A stretch of DNA of 61,049 bases, filler included. It is 6 parts of 6 records of this genome, joined end to end, with 100 filler letters (N's around TTAATTAATTAA, not from the genome) between each part and the next. Parts side by side here need not be neighbours in the genome. Positions count along the whole stretch, not along the records: positions 45,418 to 61,049 come from DRR378314_1200; 5 more parts are not named here. One strand, written 5' to 3'. Below the pieces are notes generated by a model. That model made no database searches. It saw nothing but the letters and a program-made list of their open reading frames with translations, and had not been told where the DNA came from. Positions 45,418-58,000 of this stretch are shown piece after piece. A program made the position numbers and the translations under genes. The stretch's first letter is position 1, and each line of letters starts with the position of its first letter.

Positions 45418-45477
45418 CTTCGGCTTCGGCTTCGGCTTCGGCTTCGGTTTCGGTTTCGGTTTCGGTTTCGGTTTCGG
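45418..45477. repeat. (CTTCGG)n(TTTCGG)n hexamer microsatellite at contig start
   Basis: Direct reading, about 10 units. Confidence 0.92.
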
Positions 45478-45839
45478 TCTTGGTGTTGCGTTGTAGCGCC
45501 GTGAATGCTGCTGCAAGATCTCCGGTGACGTGTTCGTTTTAATGCCAAACGCTGATAATGTGCGCGTGAAGTGAGAGAGCGGAGAGAACTCGCGCGAAAG
45601 TTGACGGCACGACGACTGTCCGGAACGAAAGAGATCGAGAGTGAGATGCTGTTCTTCTCTGCGTTTCTGCTCTTGGACGTCGCTCGTTCTTTCGCTACGA
45701 AGCACTTTTGTGTCCATGTTGGGCTTATGTTGTATTCATTTCCTCTCTTATATTTCATTGCTTCCTTCTTTTTGTGATCCTCCTTCTTCGCTGTCTGCTC
45801 TGTATTCGTTCGCTCTGAATGGTACCGAAAAGGCGGGAA

Positions 45840-47945
45840 AGCCAGATGCTTTTATTCCGAATCGGAGCTCCAGCGATGTCATGTTGCGCCAGTCGAGCGC
45901 TCTCCAGGTAACGCAAAGAAGTGCACGATTTCTCGCGTGAACGAAGTGAGAAAGGGAACAGAGATCCACCCGCGTGGTGATACCTAGTAAGGGCCGGAAT
46001 TTCAGGATTTTCTTAGCGCTGTGGATTGGGATCTGGACGAATTGAGTGTCTTTCGCATTGGAAGTGAGCGGCGTTGGAGCTTCGTCGCTGCTTCTTCTTT
46101 TTTTTTTTTCTTCCTTCGAGCTGGAATTCTCCTCTTCGCGTATAGAGACGTAGCGTGAGTTTCTGTTTTTCGCGCGCGCTCTTCTCAAAGTGAATGATTC
46201 CTATTGCTGCAGTGTGCGTTGCTTTCCCGTCGCGTCAGCCGCGGACCGTTTTGCTGCAATTCGTCGCTGTTTCGCATTTCGTTCTTCGCGCAATGTGTTC
46301 TGGTGACGAAACGCCAGTCTTGTCTCTCCTCGTTGCCCTCGACGTATTTCCTGAAGAACTCTGCGCTTTGCGGTCTTTGTCACCGAGACTGAACGCTGTA
46401 CATTTGTGCGGCAACGCTCCTTTCGCTGCTTCTGTTGCTGCTTCCCGTCCAAAGGAGGGTAATATGGAGCGAAGTGCGTCGGAGAAGTTTGCAGAGAGTA
46501 TTTTCCGCCGCGGCATGTCGTCGACGGACCAGTTTGCGTCGCAGGTGCAGGTGCGAAAAAAGCTGCAGAAATGATGCGAAACGCCATTGAACAACAATGC
46601 AATGTTTCCCTCTGTCCCTGTCGTTGATGTACTCTTTTTCGCGGAGCTCATCTGGTGTTCCTTCGGCATTCCAGTTTCTCGTATTGTACAGACTCCTCTT
46701 TCTTCATGTTCTGCATTTCGTGTGTTTGTCTCGCTTTCTTCTTATTTTTTCGAGTTTATCTTGTTTGTACTCAGTTCCTTCGAAGCGTTTTTATTTCCTC
46801 CATGTCGTTGTTTTTCTCTTGATTACCTTGTTTGTCTGGCGCACCTCTGCGAGTTTCGAGCTGTTTCGTCGTGTCGGGGAAGGATTCACTCCTTCGCACT
46901 TCGCCTCGATTTCCGGTGCTGGGCGTTTTCGCTCCTATTGTTCGTATATATTGCTACAGTCGAGTATCGTTTCTTCTTTTCATGTGTCTTTCTTCGTCTT
47001 CGATCCTTTCGCTCTTCGTGCATGTACCTGATGTCCCCTATTCGCCTCCGGTTTGTCCCTTTTCTGTTCGCTGCAGCACATGCAAGAGCAAGGAGGCGCG
47101 GCATTGAGCGCTTTGTGGGCGCAAAAGTACGTTCGAAGGAGATCACGTCTTCCCTGTAGCTTTTCAACTCGGTGTTGGTTCCGTTTTGTGAAAGTATCGT
47201 GCTCTGCGTGGAATCGTGTATCGTCCCGTTGAATGGTCGCGTCGCTCGCTCTCTCGCGATCTCGCTCGCCCTTCTTCCGTCATTTTGTTGTCTGGTTCTA
47301 CGTCCCGTTTCGTTACGTTTTTCTGCTTGAATCACTGATCTTACTTGGTTCATTGCTTTGCTTTTGTGCATCTTTTCGGGGACTGCCATCTCTCCATTTT
47401 GTTCGTTTGATCGAATTTCTTCGCATTTCTGTTACAGTTCTGCTGATTTGTCCGGAAGTGTAGAAAACGCCGAGGTCAAGCACCAAGACCTTCCAGCAGA
47501 TCAAGTAAGTTGCCGTTACATATACGTTTTCTATCTGTTCGTCGCAAGTGATGTTCGACACCGATTACGGCACGAATGTACAATCTCGCAGAGGCTCTGT
47601 GGGACTGGAGCCGATCTCGTTCGCTCCGATGTCGCCGGTTTCTTCGTCTGTAGCTCGTTCTGGGACTCAATCGCCACGTGCTGGCGCTCGTGAAAGATTC
47701 CCAATGCAACATGCAGTAACTCTCAATTTTGTCGCAAAGGGAAAACGATTCGACGTCTCACTTCATTGTCGTGTTTGACGCGCTTTCGACGCTCTCGCTT
47801 GGGCTCGTTTCGATTCGGTTTCGTTTCTTGCTCTTCTTATGGTCTTGTACTGGTTGTTCTCAACGTACGAACGATTCCATTCGTGTTGCGCGTTCCTCTT
47901 TTCTCGCAGAACCCGGCTCGGAAGAAGTAAAGCCGCTATTATGAC
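45840..47945 (+). CDS. Possible 3' exons of an unidentified low-complexity protein
   Basis: Short GC-richer blocks bounded by pyrimidine-tract AG and GTAACG/GTGCGA/GTACGT/GTAAGT donors. The reading frame could not be resolved uniquely. Confidence 0.25.
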
Positions 47946-48907
47946 GTAGAGATAGATTTTTTTTCTTTCGATACGATGTATCGACTGGGCGCTGGAGAGT
48001 AATCGCCGAAATCGAAGGCGTATTGCTCTCCGTCTTTCTTACCATGTTCCCTCCTTTCTCCGACTGTCGCTCATCAGCGTGTTGACATTGTGGAGGATGA
48101 GAATGAACACAAGCGAAATTAGTATGGAACATTGCAAACGAATGTCTTTTGTGGGGATTTTTCGAGTGTTTGTTTTACTTTTCAGTCTTCTGCACTATGG
48201 TGTCTTGATCACTGCTGTTCCTCGATCGTACACGGGGAACTCACCTCTCACGAACTTCTGAACTTCTTCTTTTCTTTTTGTTTTTGGCGAACGCGCCTCG
48301 CGTTGAATTTTTCTCTTTTGTTTTTGAACTCGTGTCATGTACCTGTATTCGACAGGTAATGATGTGATTTTCCTGTGCCTGTTTCATGGGATGAATAGTG
48401 TACAAATCTTTGGCTGTGTTTCTTCCTTGTTTCCTTTCGCGGGGGAGAAAAATAAATTCTTCTCGGCCCTTCGTTCGCCCCATTTCACCGTTTCGTGCAC
48501 TGATAGGCACTACAAACTTGCAAAACATTTCGCACTTGAGTAGTCCGATTCATTCATTTCTATTTACCACAATCTCTTTCCTTGTTGATCCCAGATCGCC
48601 CTTTTCCTATCAGCAAAAACAGAATTTCAAAACAAAACGTTTCTCGCACAGTGTTTCTTTCAATGTTAAAGCATGCATGACAAGAGAGAGACAGTAAGCA
48701 CTTTTACTTGGAAGTAAGTTTCTCCTCTTTTTGCGGCATGGATTGATCTCGAGGAGCGGGAATCTACACGGGACAGAGGGGCAGAGACCGCGTGAAGGCG
48801 CTTAGAGCAATGAAGCACAACCGCACCGACACGCGCGGCTGTTCGCGTTATCTGTGCTCCCTCGCGTGCGAACGCGGGCAAGAAAAAGGTGAAGATTCGA
48901 CACGCAC

Positions 48908-49977
48908 CTCTCCTTGAAGCCGCTTCATAATATCGTTCATCTGCGACGAAGTATCGACTTGGTCTTCGGGGACTGCAGAATCCTCGGCGGGAGGGAGAGA
49001 GAACGAAAGAGCGACCGTGAAGGGGGAGAAAGGGAACCGGTTCAGTGCCGCCGACACGCAACGGCCCATGCGAATACAAGTGTTTCGATGCGCGGCAAGA
49101 CACAACATGTTGCGTGCTCGACGGCTCACTGCAGCAAGACGATATCGCCCGCTTTTTGAACGCACGCTGCCCTGCTCGCACGAGCTGTTCTTGCTCGCGC
49201 AGCTTTTTGTCGGCTTCGTCCGCTTCTTTGCCTTTGCGTATCGCCTCGCTGTGCCGAGAGTCCTCCTCGTCGAGCTCCTGCGCAACCCGCGCGCGCCAGA
49301 GTATCGACGGCAATCCGTTACCACGTGGAAGTACAGGCTCAATAACGCCTATTGGACTGCGTAGAAATACTGCGCCAGAGTGGTGGGAAAGGATTCTCGC
49401 CTGTGATACGTAGTGGGCACGACGGGCGTCGCGGGCGCGTGGTTCCTTACCGCTTTCGTCGGCGGGCTGTCGCGCTTCCCGTGGAGCCATCGAAACCACA
49501 GCTGCGAGACGCCGAAGAACAGGTAGAGAGAAGGGAGAAGGGAATCAGTACGCCAAACTCGTAATAAATTGAAGCTGAGGTGTACGCGGTGGCGTGTAAG
49601 GTGCTGGCGCGTTGCGGTTCCTGAGCGCGAGAAGGCATCTCGCGCGCGCTTGAGCGCGGGAGCGGCGCTGCACGCTGACGCACCACGGGGATCCGCGAAG
49701 GTTCGAAGTCGACGGGATCACCGCTCGGCGTTTCCGCGACTCGCCGAAATACTCCTGCATGAAATAATACCACAGAAACCTGCGATATGAGTAGACCATA
49801 TATTGCAAGAGAGAACAAAGGCGGGTGGCGAGCTTGAGACGCCTCGATGCGGCTCTGCGAGCACCGCGCAAGAGCAGACTCACCTTCGGGTGTTTCCTCA
49901 AGAAAGTACGCGTTGCCAAACCTGTCTTCGCCGACTGGCGTTCGTCGCTGCAGACGAAGCAAGAGTCGGCGAAGCAT
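48908..49977 (-). CDS. NDUFA12/NDUFAF2 (mimitin-like) mitochondrial complex I protein; 3' end uncertain
   Basis: Spliced product: MLRRLLLRLQRRTPVGEDRFGNAYFLEETPE|GVFRRVAE...DFEPSRIPV|LWFRWLHGKRDSPPTKA|ELDEED. Carries the VGxDxxGNxY and IPxxWxxWL..R..PP family motifs. Confidence 0.85.
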
Positions 49978-50467
49978 CGTTATTCGATATACTTGTAGTT
50001 CGATAACGTAGCAATCTAGCGCCAATGGGGTCTATTCCACGATAATGGGATGCGCAGAGCTGCCTCCGCGCTGTCGACCGCGCAAGAAGCGACGAGCGCC
50101 GCGGCAGAACCGTGAACCCTCGCGCCCTGGAGTTCCAAAGAAGAATGCTCTAGAGTGTACGTATTTCTCCCCTTGTGCTCGCACACACGCGCAACCGCTG
50201 CCGCGGTGATCGCACGCTGCGCGAGCGGGGCCAGCTGCAATTCGGTGCCTTCATTCCAAATCGGTCCGTTACTAACTTCGGTTGTTTTCTGTTGCTATGT
50301 TCTTGTGTGCGCCGTGCCCGTCTCGCGCTCGCAGTGTGGGCGCGCGAGAGCGGCGCCAACGACAGGAGCTGGAAAGGCCACTCGTAGTGCTACTCAGCGG
50401 TAGCAACTCCACCTGTCACGTTGCCTTGCTTTTGCGAGGCTGTTTGCTGCAGACAATCAGCGCTGCC

Positions 50468-53207
50468 ATGTCAAAAAGTCTGCTGCGGCGGCAGGCGGCC
50501 ACTCTGGCGCGGCTAAACGGCGGCGACGTCGAAGAGGCGCCGGGGAAGAAGCACAGCAAGGTGCGGTGCGAGCTCTCTCTGCGTTTCTACCGCCGGAGAA
50601 CGCCACAGATGCGAAATAGAAGCCCGAGTGGCTGATTTCAAGAGATAAAACAGACCTAATCCATAATCTGCTGTGCGCGTATGGGGTGGCTTTTCAATTC
50701 TACGCGTTGGAATTCCCCTTGTAGTAGGCCTTGGTCCTCGTCTCTGTTGCGCACACGCTCGCGCCGAGCGTGCCAAGCACTCTGCTTTCGTCGGAGGTAG
50801 AAGTGCGCGCGCAATGCCGCTCCGGCTCCAATCCCGTGCTTACCCTGACTGCGATTTTTTTCTTTGTAGAGAGATAATGTCATCATTTTGGAGCACAATT
50901 CGTGCATGTAGTGGGGCTTGAATAGCGAGCTGGCCCTGCAAGTTACCGTCGCCGCTGCAACGCGGTGGAAAGGCAAGCCCGCGACATCCACTTGTGCGAC
51001 GACCGTGCTGCCACTGACACTGCCAAGTCAGCCACCTCCGCAGTGGGCGCTAAAGGCCTTCGCGCTGCAGGGAAACGCATAGCTAGTTCCCATTATGTAA
51101 AGGATGTAGCATCGTTGTTTCACGTACGCCGCGCGTCCTTGCTATCATTGTTCTGAGTGCACTCGATTCGCGCTGTCGCTGTGTTCCTTTGGTGCGACTG
51201 CGCGTGCGCGGGCTCGTTCCAGAATGGTGACGACGAGCTCGCAAAAGCGTTTGCTCGAAGAAAGCAAAGAAAGCGGCAAAAGCGTGCTGCTAGGATCGCC
51301 AAGACAGCGCACCGCGCGGAGACTCGCGCAAGCGACATCGTATCTGCTCTCGGTATGTGTCAGCGCGAACACCACGCGAACCAGAGCGGTGAGGTGGCAG
51401 CGGCGTCGAACTGGTTTTCTCGCCCTCTCTGCTTCTCTCGCGTGCTCTCTACAGTGCGCGCGTGTATAAAACGAGGTCTTATGTTGATTTTGTCAGCATG
51501 GAGGATTTTCCGCAGCCTACGAGTGCGATCTTTGAGCGTTGGTCGTTGAGTCTTTTCGCCAATCGTTCGCCGTGTTTGATTCCCCTTCGGATCGCGCTAC
51601 GCATTCTGCCGACAACGCTGTGCAGAGAACGAAGCTCGAAGCAAAAATGTGACGCGGGATCGAACAAAGCAGAATATCAAAGTCTTGACATTTATGAAGA
51701 GGTATGCATATGCAGTTGAAATGCGCGCATTGGTACAGTGGCTTGAAATAGAGCGAATGGTGTGGTGTTGCATTGATCCTTCAACGTAAGCGTATCCCTC
51801 GCGAAACCGTTCTCATCGCACGATCTCGTGACAAAGTGCTCCTCGTATACGTGGGTATGTCTTTGCGATACTATCAAGTTGGATGTAAGTCATAGCGGCT
51901 ATTTTCTTCATGTGTGCGGTAGAATGTATACAGCATCACGAGCATGACGCGCACTATTGCGTGCGAATCCTTTGCTGCGCAGCATCAGGTTCCGCCTAGC
52001 CACCCGTCGCTCTGTCGGAGTTTCGGTGTCCCCCGATCCTCCTCGCCGTGCTCCTTCCCTCTTCACAACGACATTCATTTTGCGTACTGAACAGTGATAG
52101 CGCACCTGCTGGTTTTTCACAACCTTTCGCTTTGTGGTTTTGCATGCGGTGTGTATGCAAGGTACAAACGCAACCGAGCAATCAACAATGCAATCAAGGC
52201 GGCGAAAGCAGCGGTTCTTCCGGAGGAAAACCTTCGCCGGCACGGTACGGCGCGGTCGTTCGACGTCGGCAATATCCATACGCTTCTCTAAACGCAATCC
52301 AAGGAACTGTGTATCGTTCCAGTTCTGTATTTTTGCCCTGGAAATTTGCTATCGGATTGGGGTGTTATTCGATACGACCACGGTGAAATCCTCGTTGCGC
52401 TGGTACTTGTATTTCAGGGCTTGCGGTGCTGTGTCAGGAAGCTTGTTCGCATAGTTTCTCTTTTTTACCGGAGTGATAATGACTCTCTGTTATTGCTATG
52501 TCAAGGTCATGATCCTTTAGTTTTCCAATGCTATTTCTTGTTTCAACTCTTCGCGGCAGATCTCATTGTGTGGGGCTGCAAATAGCACAGCGATGCAGAC
52601 CCTAAGGGCTGGGGGATCGCGCGCAAGGAGGGCCCGGAAGCTCGAGCAGTCTCATATTTGTAACGGGGTATAGAAGCGTTCGTTCGCTACTGAGCTTATC
52701 GTGCATCATTGCTACACCCACTATTCCTCGCGTGTGGTGCACTCAGCGTAGAGTATGTGCGCTCGCTTCTTCGTCACGGCGCTTGCGCCGCAACCTGTCG
52801 CCCTCGCCTACCTACTCGCTTCTCTTCTGCTCCCATTGAAGGTTTTGTGACTGTAGATGCTAATTACAACGCAAAAGAATTCATACTATTATGAATCGGT
52901 ATAATGGCTGTCCACATTGCTCCTTTTCGTCGCAGAAAATGAACGCGATGATATCGAGGTTGAGAGTGACGATGGAGGCGCCACGCGCTCCGCCACGAAG
53001 CCGTCCTCCAAGAAGCCGCAAACGCAATCATTCATGATCGACGATGCGCTTATTGCTCGCATGCGCAAGGCACTTGCCGCCGCTGGCGGCAGTGCGGAAG
53101 CTCTGGGTATGGAATCTGAAGAGGAAGAAGCGGACGAAAAAGAAGAAAAGCGCGACAAAAAAGGCAGCTTTGGCGACGACGACGACGACGACGACGACGA
53201 GCTGTGA
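50468..53207 (+). CDS. Basic/acidic nucleolar-type protein, AROS (RPS19BP1)/Rrt14-like, 5 exons
   Basis: Phase-consistent exons: MSKSLLRRQAATL...|...RRKQRKRQKR...|ENEARSKNVTRDRTKQNIKVLTFMKR|YKRN...|...poly-Asp end. MSxxLLRR and D.T..N.K.L resemble AROS. The gene model is fairly solid; the family call is tentative. Confidence 0.55.
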
Positions 53208-53558
53208 GTGCATGTGGAGTGTAGCAAGTAAGCGCGCTGGATACGCTCTCGATAGCTGCGTACGCATTCCTCTCGCAGAGCATGTGCGGTACTCGTTCTA
53301 CCCCGCCTTACTTATAGGCGCGAGCAGTCACCTTGTGGAGCGTATCAGGAGAGAGTTCGACGGGCTTCGCGTGTGGAAGCCTTCGGGCTTCTCCTACAAC
53401 CCTCCCGCTGCAGTATCGTGCCCGTTTCTTCCGAGCAAGGAGAGCCTCGAGAGCCTTCCGCGATGCTTTTCGCACCAGGGTCATTATTGCCGAGGACTAG
53501 AAAGGATGTATGTGATGCAGGGGATTCAATTCATGTAAAACGTATGCCCGTTTCGCGT

Positions 53559-54304
53559 TCACGCTTTATCTCCTTCTGATCGGCCCATCCGCGAGATGTC
53601 TACGCTCGTGCCAGAGCGAGCTCCATCGACTACGCTCGCTCTACGTAGAGCACTGCGCAGCTGCGCCGGTGTCACCGTCGCCCCGCCCGTCCAAGAAATC
53701 CCTCTTAGATCCTGAGCTAAGCAGCACTCTTCTTCCTCTTCTACACTTTCATCCAAATATACGGCGCTGCACCAGAAGGCTTCTGCGGTATACCCCGCCC
53801 GTGTGGTAGCTAACACGCGTTGCACCGCGCACCGGGAGCAGCACGCGCTACCAGGCCCCAAGGTAGGGCTCTGGCTACGCGTGCGATTCGCGCGCCAAAG
53901 GGCGGCGCAGAGGCTGTCGGAGCGGGTTAATGAACACGTACACCTATATCCTCAACCGTATGTCATTCCCATGTTCCCGCTGCCATCGCCGGCGGCGCGG
54001 GCGCGCGCGCCATCGCGCTGGTGGCTCGGTTTCGCGCTGGAGCGGTGCGCTCTTCCCGCCGCTTTCGCGCGCTCGAGCTCTGCGGAGTTTTCGTTTCCTT
54101 TTTCGCCGTCTCCGCTTCTTCCGCGCTGCGGAGAAATGGCGCCACCTTGTGCGCAAGTACCCGATAGCGTTAAGCGAGTGCTTGAAGCACGAAGTTCGCG
54201 GTACTTTGCTTCGCTCTCCTTCTCGGCCTCGCGTGCCTCGCTCGCTTCGTCGTCGCACCGTCGAGCGCGGTCTGACACGGACACGCCCCTTCCCGTAGGT
54301 GCGC
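53559..54304 (-). CDS. Hypothetical spliced protein, last two exons
   Basis: Phase-compatible join ...EAREAEKESEAKYRELRASSTRLTLS|EAFWCSAVYLDESVEEEE...KA*. No family recognised. Confidence 0.35.
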
Positions 54305-55015
54305 TGGAAACGGGCCTCACAGCGAGTCGCCGCAGCGGTACCGCGCGTCTCGTTAGAGACGGTCGTCACCTTTGCATATAGCGAGCTCTTGTTGTATATT
54401 GCACGTCCGTGCGAATAGAAATCGATGTGAACGGGATTTCCGCTTGTTGGTGCTGTCATGCGACTGGCAGGCGAGGCTGCAGGTTATCCTGGAGCGCGCA
54501 CACGCGCGATTCCAGGCTACCGCGTGCCGCGGAGCTCCAATAGGCTTGCCGGACACGGCGAGGCGCTTTTCGGGTGCACAACAGCACTTTATGTGCCCTT
54601 GATGTGATTCTATGGCGCTTCCATGCGCACGATACTTCAGCTGCAGCGAGGTGTTGCAAGATTGTTGATAGGCGCTCCAAACGCACCTGCTGGATTGCGC
54701 TGATCGCACAGGTCACCACGGCGCGAGTGGTGGCGCAAACCGGTTCACTTTCGGCAGCGGCGGCGGCGGCGCGCGCGCGCGATTTGCTGTTCGTAGCACG
54801 CATGTGTGACCATTATATGAAGAATTGTTCTATGATACCGGAGCATTGCGGGAATGATGCGTGCGAATCATCCGCGTGTTCCTTTCGGCGTGCGCCCTCA
54901 CCTAATCCTGTCGCGGACGAGGACGCGCTCCTCGGCTTCCGGTCGCTCGCGCCCTTAGCTCTCCGTGCCGCCCCTTCTGATAGAGCTACCTGATTCTCTC
55001 TTGGTCCTATCGCAG

Positions 55016-58000
55016 ACCCTGTGAAGATCCGTAAAGCTTGCGAAATTGCGCAGTCACTCGCATGTGGAGCTGCTGCGCCGCACGTCCTCAAAGCTGCGCA
55101 GACCGCCAAAGCGCAACTGCAAGCGTGCAGGTCGTGGCCGCAGCCGCCGAGTATTCGAACCCCTCGCGCAGTAGGTACGCTGATGGGAACGCAATGCAGG
55201 TGCAGCGTGGTGCGATTTTTCCAGTATTGCAAAGGCCTTCTTGCAACGATGACGAGGTTCATGTGGGTTATGCAGGCGCCGTCTCCGTTGGGCAATGTTG
55301 CGAAAACCACGTGTCACTGCAGCAGTCAGCCCGATGGGGGATTGCGCGAGCGCTGCAAGTCGCCCCCTTGTTCAGATCGCATCTCCATAGCTCGATTTCA
55401 TTCCAGTACATGTACGCGATACATTTACGTTTCTTATGCTTGTCTTCTTTTTGCTACTGGGTGCGGATGCGTCGGCAGATAAGCGCGGCGCGTACGAACG
55501 GCCGAAGACGGAGCCTTCTCCGCCGATGCGGGCCAGCGTTCCTGCGGCAGCTCCCGCAAACGAGCGCACGCCGGGTAATACGACACCGGCAGTACAGCAG
55601 AGAAGTACTTTCTCGAGCTTTGCGACTCCATCCCCACAGCAAGCTTCTATCTCTGTTCCAGATGAGGACGATCTGGACGCAGTATTTTCTGCTGTGGATC
55701 TGGACGCGTTCGCCGCGGCCCCGTCGCGAACGCCGACAGCACCACAGTCGCGCGAGCATGGCCCCTCTACAGCAAACAGCAACGCAGGGTCGCCGTTTCC
55801 AGTTACACCAGCTTCCGCAGCGGGACTGTGTGCGCCCAACGGTAATTCATCTAGCATGGGCACCCCGGCATTTCCGAGTACCAGCCGAGCTGCGTATCCA
55901 TCCGAGCCCCTCGCGGCACCTGCGCACGATCCGGCATCGGACCGAGGGAAGCTGCAGGCATCTGATACCGTCAAAGACGAGCTCATTGCCGCGCTATTTG
56001 CCCTCGTGCATCAGCTTGAAAAAGGCAACGATGATGTAGAAAGGAAACGTGCAAAAGCTCGGGTGCTGAAGCTCGAGTTTCAGCTTAAACAGGCAGAGAG
56101 GAGTATGGTGCTTTCGCCGCCAGTCGGCGGAGCTGGATCGAGCGAGCCAGCTTGGACCTCGACCCCAGTGCAAGCCTCTGCTGCTGCACCAGGTGGCGAG
56201 AATGCCCACGCCGATCCTTTTGGTGACGTGCCAGACGACATGTTTTTGAACGCTGATATGGGAACAGATTTCAACCAAGGTCCATCGTACGCGACGGAGC
56301 GCGCCGAGGTTGACCGAGGTCCTCCGCCAGCCTCGCTGATCGACATCGATGCGCCGATTGAGATTCCCGAAGACATTGATGCGAAAGTCAACCGGTCTAT
56401 CTGGAAGCGCAGCGATTTTCCCTGGGCAAGAGATCTCGCGCTGAAGAACAAGCGGACGTTTGGAAACAAGAGTTTCCGCCTGAACCAGCGCGAGATTATG
56501 AACGCGACGCTGTCGCGCGAGGATGTGTTTGTCCTCATGCCGACTGGCGGCGGCAAGAGCTTGTGCTACCAGCTTCCGGGCGTCATTGACGATGGGCTCT
56601 CTGTCGTGATCTCCCCGCTACTGTCGCTTATGCTGGACCAGACCTCTGCTATGCAGTACCTTGGTATCCCAGCACTCATGCTAAGTTCGCTGCAGGGTGC
56701 GGAAGAGACGCGCGAGGTGTATCGGACCGTTGGCAGTCTCGCGCGCACGAGCGGCCCTGCGCCCGTGCAGTTCCTCTTTGTCACGCCGGAAAAGGTCGCG
56801 CACTCCAGCACACTCCTCGACATTCTTCGCAATGTCAATCAGGCAGGCCGCCTTTCGCGCATTGTGATTGATGAAGCGCACTGCGTCAGCCAATGGGGCC
56901 ACGACTTCCGCCCTGATTACAAGCGTCTTCGCATTTTCAAAATCGAATTTCCGACTGTTCCGGTACTTGCGCTGACCGCGACGGCCACTGACCGCGTGCG
57001 AGCAGATGTCATCGCCCAGCTGGGACTCCGGAACTGTGAGACGTTCAAACAGTCGTTTAATCGCGCTAATTTGCGTTACAACGTCTGCAAAAAGAAGAAA
57101 AATGCTGTGGCCGAGATCGTCAAGATCATCAAGACGCGCTTCCAGCGCATGAGCGGCATTATCTACTGCCTAAGTCGTCGGGAATGTGAAGAAGTAGCCA
57201 AGGAGTTGACAGACAACAAAATCAGCGCTCTGCCCTACCACGCCGAGCGCAAAGATAGGCAGGAAGTCCAGGAAAAGTGGATGGCAAACGAGGTGCTGGT
57301 GATATGTGCGACCATCGCTTTCGGCATGGGCATTAACAAGCCCGATGTGCGGTTCGTGATGCATTTTTCACTGCCAAAAAGCTTGGAGGGATACTACCAG
57401 GAGTCCGGTCGAGCCGGGCGCGATGGCATGATTGCACACTGCTTCCTCTTCTACACCTGGGCCGATAAAGCGCGCATTGAGTCAATGATTGTCAATAGCG
57501 CAGGCGGTGGCGGTGGCGGGCGCGGCGGGCGCGGTGGGCGCGGGCGCCGCGGCGGGTACCGGCGCACAGCGATTCCCGTCGCTGCGCGCGGAAACGTGGA
57601 GCAAGGGCGAGAGAACCTCATGCGCATGGTGGCATACTGCGAGAATGAGCACTCGTGTCGGCGCGCACTTTTGCTGCAGTACTTTGGCGAAACGTTTCAC
57701 CGGGACAAGTGCAACAGCACGTGCGATAATTGCCGGCGCAACAAGACGTTCGCGCAGCGCGACATGAGCGACGCCGCACGAGATATATTGCGTATCGCGA
57801 CGCGTGTGAGCGGCAGCAAGAGCATTCCGTTTGTTGTCGACATATACTCAGGCTCTAAGAATAAGCGCATTCCCGAATCGGATCGCAAGATGCCCGAGTA
57901 CGGTCGCGGTCGTGCGCTGGGACGCGTCCTTGTGGAGCGGATCGCGCGCACGATGTTGTTCGAAGGCATTCTCGGCGAGATCGTGCAGGTCAACCCGCAG

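Noticed and set aside
45418..45477. Tandem cUUCGg tetraloops or a poly-(PK) ORF
   Set aside because: No supporting stems; a simple hexamer microsatellite at an assembly break.
52625..52655. SRP RNA helix-8-like GGCCCGGAAG...GAGCAG
   Set aside because: The stem around GGAA does not pair and no other SRP helices are evident.
57491..57569. RecQ RGG insert as an unannotated GT-AG intron
   Set aside because: The obvious GT..AG pair spans 79 nt and would frameshift; there is no pyrimidine tract and the donor is poor.
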